Part shown: positions 5,749 through 10,265 of the stretch, piece after piece
Numbering within the stretch: position 1 is the stretch's first letter
Layout of the letters: the number at the start of each line of letters is the position of its first letter
Program-made: the position numbers and the translations under genes
NCBI GenBank assembly: GCA_028708525.1
Contig: JAQVYV010000006.1
Coordinates: forward strand, 20,689-30,953
DNA: 10,265 bases
Reading direction: 5' to 3'
Source: Eubacteriales bacterium
Lineage (GTDB): Bacteria; Bacillota; Clostridia; Saccharofermentanales; UBA5734
Notes under the pieces: generated by a model
Seen by the model: only the letters and a program-made list of their open reading frames with translations
The model's database searches: none
What the model was told of the DNA's origin: nothing

Positions 5749-6255
5749 ATGGATAAAAGAAAAATAAGAAAGATCGCATACGGCGGTATACTGACAGGGC
5801 TTGTTCTTGTAGCCACCATGTTTCTGCAAATGCCCAATGGTTTGGGTGGTTATATAAATCTCGGAGACGGCGTGATTTTTGCATCAGCGATATTACTCGG
5901 ACCATTTGCAGGACTAGTCGGAGCACTCGGCGCGGCCACGTCGGATTTCCTGCTCGCTTACGGAGTATATGTGCCGGCTACTTTTGCTATAAAAGGAGCA
6001 ATGGGGCTTACAGCAGGGATCATGCTGAGGAGCCGTAAAGGGGACAGCTATTTCTTCAAAGCTCTGACTTTCCTTATATGTGAAGTCATAATGGTAGGTG
6101 GTTATTTTGCGTTTGAAACAATGTTGTTCGGATTGTCTGTTTCGGTACCTTCTATAATGCCCAACATCGTTCAGGGCGTGGCAGGCATCGCAGTTGGGCT
6201 TGCACTGACACCAATAATGCATAAGGTCATCGAAAGCGAGAAATTCAGTGTCTGA
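5749..6255 (+). CDS. ECF-transporter S-component-like small integral membrane protein (substrate unknown)
   Basis: About 169 aa, almost entirely hydrophobic with 5-6 predicted TM helices. The Gly-rich N-terminal region GGYINLGDGVIFASAILLGPFAGLVGALGA resembles ECF substrate-capture components. I moved the start to the ATG at 5749 (AGGAAGG 10 nt upstream), because the longer ORF-track version starting at 5668 would run through the two promoters above. Confidence 0.55.
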   Translation: MDKRKIRKIAYGGILTGLVLVATMFLQMPNGLGGYINLGDGVIFASAILLGPFAGLVGALGAATSDFLLAYGVYVPATFAIKGAMGLTAGIMLRSRKGDSYFFKALTFLICEVIMVGGYFAFETMLFGLSVSVPSIMPNIVQGVAGIAVGLALTPIMHKVIESEKFSV

Positions 6256-7309
6256 TATCGGCTCTGAAAATAAGGGAAAAGTACTGGTAGGTATGAGCGG
6301 CGGGGTCGACAGTTGTGTGGCAGCTCTTTTGCTTGTTCAGCAGGGGTACACGGTCACCGGTGGTACTATGGATATCGGATCAGCCGGCAGCAGCAGGGAT
6401 ATCGCGGATGCGGCAGACGCTGCTTCGCGGATGGGTATCGAGCACATCACAGTCGATTTGAAAGAGAGTTTCCGTGAGAATGTCATTGAACATTTCATGA
6501 GGGAATACGAAGCAGGCAGAACTCCGAATCCGTGTGTTGTCTGCAACAGGACGATCAAAATGGGAGCTTTGATGGATAAGGCTTTGAAGCTTGGGTTCGA
6601 TCATATCGCTACGGGTCATTATGCCTGGATCGTTCGCGATCCTTCTACGGGGAAATCGGAACTCCATAAGGCTTCCTATCTGCCGAAAGATCAGAGTTAT
6701 GTGCTGTATAATCTTTCACAGGAACGACTTTCACATCTTTTGCTTCCCCTCGGAGCACTTTCAAAGGACGAAGTAAGAAAGATCGCGTCTGAACATTCTT
6801 TGGTCGATCCTCACAGAGGTGAGAGTCAGGACATTTGCTTTATTCCTGACGGTGATTATGCGGCATATGTTACAGATAAAACAGGCCGGGAGTCCGTGCC
6901 CGGGGATTTCATTGATACTTCAGGAAATGTGATCGGCAGACACAAAGGCATAACGAGATATACGGTCGGTCAGCGCAAGGGGATCGGGATCGCTGCTGAT
7001 CAACCGCTATATGTATTAGCTAAAGACGCGGTCAGAAATACTGTAACGCTTGGTCCGGAGAGTGAACTGTTCCGGACTGATCTGGTGGTTACCGATGTCA
7101 ATTTGATCGACAGAAACGAGGAAGTGGCCGGGAAAAGATTCCAAGTTAAGATAAGATACTCAGCTAAGCCTTCTGACGCGAAGATCGCAGAGTTTTCTGA
7201 TGGTTCGGCTAAAATCGTTTTCGATGCTCCCCAGCGTGCTTTAGCTCCGGGTCAGTCCGCGGTTTTCTATGATGGCACCAGGCTGGTTGGCGGAGGTGTT
7301 ATTCAGTGA
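6248..7309 (+). CDS. mnmA: tRNA-specific 2-thiouridylase MnmA (tRNA U34 2-thiolation)
   Basis: PP-loop VLVGMSGGVDSCVAALLL, ...GRTPNPCVVCN..., ...GHYA..., Q(S/D)Y and conserved C-terminal blocks typical of MnmA/TrmU. A GTG start at 6248 is assumed, giving 11 aa before the PP-loop as in B. subtilis MnmA. An alternative ATG at 6293 is possible. Confidence 0.85.
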   Translation: MSDIGSENKGKVLVGMSGGVDSCVAALLLVQQGYTVTGGTMDIGSAGSSRDIADAADAASRMGIEHITVDLKESFRENVIEHFMREYEAGRTPNPCVVCNRTIKMGALMDKALKLGFDHIATGHYAWIVRDPSTGKSELHKASYLPKDQSYVLYNLSQERLSHLLLPLGALSKDEVRKIASEHSLVDPHRGESQDICFIPDGDYAAYVTDKTGRESVPGDFIDTSGNVIGRHKGITRYTVGQRKGIGIAADQPLYVLAKDAVRNTVTLGPESELFRTDLVVTDVNLIDRNEEVAGKRFQVKIRYSAKPSDAKIAEFSDGSAKIVFDAPQRALAPGQSAVFYDGTRLVGGGVIQ

Positions 7310-7842
7310 CTGTTCTGTATGCTGTTCAGAAGCATTGTCGCTTTAGCTTCCAACGTCGGATTATAGTAGAGACCGGATCTGTTGTGCTTTACACATTCAC
7401 CTGAGTATCTGAGCACGGAACCGGTGTCTCCTGCGGCAAAAGCCATTTCCGATAATGCCAGATATGCCATTGCAGCGAGAAGGGCAGCTTCGTCGGGCAA
7501 TTCGTTGAAGGCGGAATGTATCACCCGGAGACATTCTTCATACTGGTGATCTCGGAATGCTTTTCGCGCTGATTCTAAGGCGAAAATTTTCTCTGAAACT
7601 ATCGATTCCTCTGATTCGTGATCTTCTTCAGGCAGCTTGTCGTTTTCACCAAGAAGCGCACCGGGCGGTACTCCCAGCTTAGCTGCTATATATTCCAGGG
7701 TCCTGACGGATGGTGTCGCGGAGTTATTCTCTATCTTACTGAGCATATTCCGCGTGATGTGGTCTCCTACGACTTCCTGCTGTGTCATTTTCCTGGACAG
7801 ACGAAGCTCTTTGATTCTTTCTCCGATAGGTAATGATTTCAA
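7303..7842 (-). CDS. XRE-family helix-turn-helix transcriptional regulator with an uncharacterised alpha-helical C-terminal domain
   Basis: N-terminal IKELRLSRKMTQQEVVGDHITRNMLSKIENNSATPSVRTLEYIAAKLGV is a canonical Cro/C1-type HTH. TTG start at 7842 with a GGAGG SD 10 nt upstream. The 3' end overlaps mnmA convergently by 7 nt. Confidence 0.8.
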   Translation of the reverse strand: MKSLPIGERIKELRLSRKMTQQEVVGDHITRNMLSKIENNSATPSVRTLEYIAAKLGVPPGALLGENDKLPEEDHESEESIVSEKIFALESARKAFRDHQYEECLRVIHSAFNELPDEAALLAAMAYLALSEMAFAAGDTGSVLRYSGECVKHNRSGLYYNPTLEAKATMLLNSIQNSH

Positions 7843-7861
7843 AAGTACGTTCCTCCGTTTG

Positions 7862-7875
7862 AAATCTATAGATTT
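7862..7875. promoter_or_regulatory. Perfect 14-bp palindrome AAATCTATAGATTT in the 5' UTR of the XRE regulator gene
   Basis: The sequence is its own reverse complement. It lies between the predicted XRE TSS (about 7891) and the SD (7851-7855). Confidence 0.35.
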
Positions 7876-7897
7876 GATAGCAGTAACAGATACCGGG

Positions 7898-7906
7898 ATT
7901 ATACCA
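7898..7906 (-). promoter_or_regulatory. Extended -10 promoter (TGgTATAAT) for the XRE regulator gene
   Basis: The - strand reads TGGTATAAT, which is plus-strand ATTATACCA at 7898-7906. Only a weak -35 (TGGTAA) is found 17 nt upstream. Confidence 0.45.
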
Positions 7907-7996
7907 AAGGTAAATATAAATTACCATAGGCTGTTGATTGTTATTCACTAAATATTCACGAAATGGAATATTTGTCGCTGAAAATGCAGTTTTATG

Positions 7997-8025
7997 TTGA
8001 CACATAGACTTGCCGGAATTATAAT
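7997..8025 (+). promoter_or_regulatory. Perfect consensus sigma70/SigA promoter for the nfeD-flotillin operon
   Basis: TTGACA (7997-8002), exactly 17 nt, TATAAT (8020-8025). Predicted TSS about 8032. The downstream gene starts at 8100. Confidence 0.7.
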
Positions 8026-8035
8026 CAACGTGAAT

Positions 8036-8071
8036 GTGATTTACATTATTCAATGGAATGCTGTAAATCAC
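8036..8071. promoter_or_regulatory. Perfect 10-bp inverted repeat GTGATTTACA-N16-TGTAAATCAC at about +4 to +39 of the nfeD-flotillin transcript (operator candidate or 5'-UTR hairpin)
   Basis: The arms at 8036-8045 and 8062-8071 are exact reverse complements. A second nested repeat TGGAATG (8054-8060) / CATTCCA (8074-8080) is also present. Confidence 0.5.
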
Positions 8072-8099
8072 ATCATTCCACAGGAGAAGGGAGACTGAT

Positions 8100-8765
8100 A
8101 TGGGATTCTGGGATAATTATGATCTGCTTGAGAAGATTTTTATATTCGTTGCTGCTCCTGCTACTATTCTGCTACTGATACAACTGGTGCTGCAACTCAT
8201 AGGTATCGGCGGAGATCAGGCATCAACTGATGCCGGGGCTGATACAGGTATCGATGCAGGAAGTGATAGTATCGGGGAATTTGAAAGCGATGCTGCAGAT
8301 GGGGCCGACAGTGATGCCGATACAATTGGCGAGGAAGGCAGACCTTCCGGTGTTCGTGCACTGAGAGTATTCACTTTTCAGGGTGCTGTGGCATTTTTCG
8401 CGATAGCAGGATGGACAGGATTGCTTTTTGCCGAAACGTTATCATCGGATATACTTGCTGTTCTGCTGGCTGTGATATGCGGTGCTGCTGCTATGGTTGG
8501 ACTTGCATATATCATGAGACTTCTTCTTGGATTACAGTCGGATGGCACTGTCAATGTCAGAAATGCACTTGGGCTTCAGGGGGTTGTCTATCTGCGTGTA
8601 CCTGCTGCCGGATCCGGAAAAGGGCAGGTCTCGGTCATGATACAGGAGAGATACAGAGAATATGATGCCGTAACCTATGAGAATACGGAAATTGCGACAG
8701 GATCGGCTGTCAGGGTCATAGATATTTTGTCCGATTCTATTCTTGTGGTTGAGAAATTAGACTAG
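8100..8765 (+). CDS. NfeD-like (YuaF-type) membrane protein with a C-terminal OB-fold beta-barrel; partner of flotillin
   Basis: N-terminal TM helix, two further TM helices (FTFQGAVAFFAIAGWTGLLFA, ILAVLLAVICGAAAMVGLAYIM) and a C-terminal domain GLQGVVYLRVPAAGSGKGQVSVMIQERYREYDAVTYENTEIATGSAVRVIDILSDSILVVEKLD, which is typical of the short NfeD C-terminal domain. It is followed directly by a flotillin gene, as in B. subtilis yuaF-floT. SD GGAGAAGGGAG is present. Confidence 0.75.
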   Translation: MGFWDNYDLLEKIFIFVAAPATILLLIQLVLQLIGIGGDQASTDAGADTGIDAGSDSIGEFESDAADGADSDADTIGEEGRPSGVRALRVFTFQGAVAFFAIAGWTGLLFAETLSSDILAVLLAVICGAAAMVGLAYIMRLLLGLQSDGTVNVRNALGLQGVVYLRVPAAGSGKGQVSVMIQERYREYDAVTYENTEIATGSAVRVIDILSDSILVVEKLD

Positions 8766-8797
8766 AAATAAATTGGTATTAAGAGGAGGAAAGTAAA

Positions 8798-10228
8798 ATG
8801 CCGCCAGAGACAGTAACACTGATAGTGATCATCGTAGCCGTTGTGATACTCTTTATCACATTTATCTCAATATTATCGAGATACCGCAAATGCCCTTCAG
8901 ACAAGATCATGGTCGTTTACGGGAAGATAGGTACAGATAAGGACGGGAATCCGAGATCGTCCAAATGTCTTCACGGAGGGGCAGCCTTCGTTTGGCCTGT
9001 CGTGCAGGACTACCAGTACCTGGATCTTACACCGCTCTCGATAAGTGTCGACCTGACAAATGCACTGAGCAGACAGAACATAAGGATCGATGTACCTTCC
9101 AGATTTACTGTTGGTATATCCACTGAAGCAGGGATCATGCAGAATGCGGCTGAACGTCTTCTCGGACTGCAGCTCTCTGAAATACAGGAGTTGGCGAAAG
9201 ATATAATCTTCGGTCAACTGAGGCTTGTTATCGCTACAATGGATATCGAAGAGATAAATACGGATAGAGACAAATTCCTTGACGCTGTATCACATAACGT
9301 TGAGACAGAACTCAAGAAGATCGGCCTGCGTCTTATAAACGTTAATGTTACGGATATTAATGATGAATCCGGATACATTCAGGCTCTTGGTAAGGAAGCA
9401 GCTGCCAAGGCCATCAACGACGCGAAGAAGAGCGTTGCTGAGAAAGACAGGGACGGTTCGATCGGTCAGGCAAACGCGGAAAGAGATCAGAGGATCCAGG
9501 TCGCAATGGCGAACTCGACAGCTGTGCAAGGTGAGAATGAAGCTAAGGTAGCGATTTCTCAATCTGATGCGGCAAGGAGAGAGAAGGAAGCAGAGGCTCT
9601 TCGTATCGCTACTGCTGCTGAGAAAGTGGCTGAAGCGAAGGCACTGCAAGAAGCGTACCAGTCAGAAGAGGATGCGGAGCTTAGCAGAGCAGCCAGAGAG
9701 AAAGCTACTCAGGAAGCGGATATCCTGGTTGGTGCTGAAACACAGAAGAAGAAACTTGAGATCGAAGCTGAAGCAAAGGCTGAACAGACAAGAAGAGTCG
9801 CTAAAGGTGAAGCTGATGCTATTTACGCTAAGATGGAAGCTCAGGCAAGAGGTATGGAAGAGATACTGACCAAGCAGGCAGCCGGTATGAGACAGATCGT
9901 GAATGCTGCAGGCGGAAGTACAGAAAATGCTGTTAGACTGCTTATTGCTGACAAGCTGGAGGAACTTACAAGGATCCAGGTAGATGCGATCAAGAACATC
10001 AAGATCGATAAGGTCACTGTCTGGGACAGCGGTACTTCAGGAAAGAGCGGCGAAGCAGGCAGAACAGGAACAGCGGATTTTGTTTCGGGACTTTTCAAAT
10101 CGATACCTCCTTTGAATGAGGTCTTTAAGATGGCCGGAATGGAGCTTCCCGAGTATGTCGGGAAAGAAGCCGGACAGAAGGAAGTAGCTGCGGAGGTTTC
10201 AGAAGAAGAACGATCGGCAACTAACTGA
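8798..10228 (+). CDS. floT: Flotillin-family SPFH/band-7 protein (FloT/YuaG-like)
   Basis: N-terminal hydrophobic hairpin VTLIVIIVAVVILFITFISIL. An SPFH domain. A long Ala/Glu/Lys/Arg-rich coiled-coil with E-A repeats (EAEAKAEQ...) characteristic of the flotillin domain. A C-terminal tail. SD AAGAGGAGGA 8 nt upstream of the ATG. Confidence 0.85.
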   Translation: MPPETVTLIVIIVAVVILFITFISILSRYRKCPSDKIMVVYGKIGTDKDGNPRSSKCLHGGAAFVWPVVQDYQYLDLTPLSISVDLTNALSRQNIRIDVPSRFTVGISTEAGIMQNAAERLLGLQLSEIQELAKDIIFGQLRLVIATMDIEEINTDRDKFLDAVSHNVETELKKIGLRLINVNVTDINDESGYIQALGKEAAAKAINDAKKSVAEKDRDGSIGQANAERDQRIQVAMANSTAVQGENEAKVAISQSDAARREKEAEALRIATAAEKVAEAKALQEAYQSEEDAELSRAAREKATQEADILVGAETQKKKLEIEAEAKAEQTRRVAKGEADAIYAKMEAQARGMEEILTKQAAGMRQIVNAAGGSTENAVRLLIADKLEELTRIQVDAIKNIKIDKVTVWDSGTSGKSGEAGRTGTADFVSGLFKSIPPLNEVFKMAGMELPEYVGKEAGQKEVAAEVSEEERSATN

Positions 10229-10265
10229 CTGGTTTAAGTCTAATGATTTAAAAAGATGGGACAGG

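Noticed and set aside
9567-9869. 100-aa extremely basic ORF (RRKQR...) and neighbouring ORFs 9290-9649(-), 9345-9551(+) and 9841-10098(-) inside the flotillin gene
   Set aside because: These are frame-shifted or antisense readings of the GAAGC/GCTGA-rich Glu-Ala repeat DNA of the flotillin coiled-coil. Such repeats yield open frames in several phases. There are no start signals.
1-10265. CRISPR arrays, IS elements, integrase/recombinase genes, rRNA
   Set aside because: No spaced direct repeats of CRISPR type. No transposase- or integrase-like translations in any frame. No terminal inverted repeats flanking a coding unit. No rRNA-like sequence.

Overview
This 10.3-kb window looks like chromosome from a low-GC Firmicutes-type bacterium. 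I infer that from the A/T-rich codon usage, the strong GGAGG Shine-Dalgarno sites and the sigma-A-type promoters. Gene order, left to right: (1) a co-directional, translationally coupled cluster on the + strand made of an SGNH/GDSL hydrolase, a GNAT (spermidine/spermine-acetyltransferase-like) protein and a YghZ/Gpr-type aldo-keto reductase. (2) A convergent hypothetical gene of noticeably lower GC for a 3-TM membrane protein with an acidic extracytoplasmic C-terminal domain. (3) A compositionally distinct, G+C-rich islet carrying a type IV toxin-antitoxin / abortive-infection pair, the AbiEi wHTH antitoxin and the AbiEii nucleotidyltransferase toxin, coupled through a TAATG overlap. Hand counts on two 60-nt lines gave about 63% and 55% G+C, against about 35-38% on two 60-nt lines in the flanking genes. 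The islet has its own near-consensus promoter, with a CCGCTCAA/TTGAGCGG inverted-repeat operator candidate built into it. (4) Two tandem tRNA genes on the - strand, tRNA-Gly(CCC) and tRNA-Thr(GGT). They are driven by a perfect TTGACA-17-TATAAT promoter and closed by a symmetric intrinsic terminator. An inverted partial copy of the tRNA-Thr anticodon arm sits between the tRNAs and the AbiE islet. (5) An ECF-transporter S-component-like membrane protein, then tRNA 2-thiouridylase MnmA. (6) A convergent XRE-family HTH regulator that is divergent from (7) an NfeD-like (YuaF-type) membrane protein plus flotillin (FloT-type SPFH protein) operon. That operon is driven by another perfect TTGACA-17-TATAAT promoter, followed immediately by a perfect 10-bp inverted repeat. 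The AbiE islet next to the tRNA genes and the regulator/NfeD/flotillin control region are the most interesting parts. I saw no CRISPR array, transposase or integrase.
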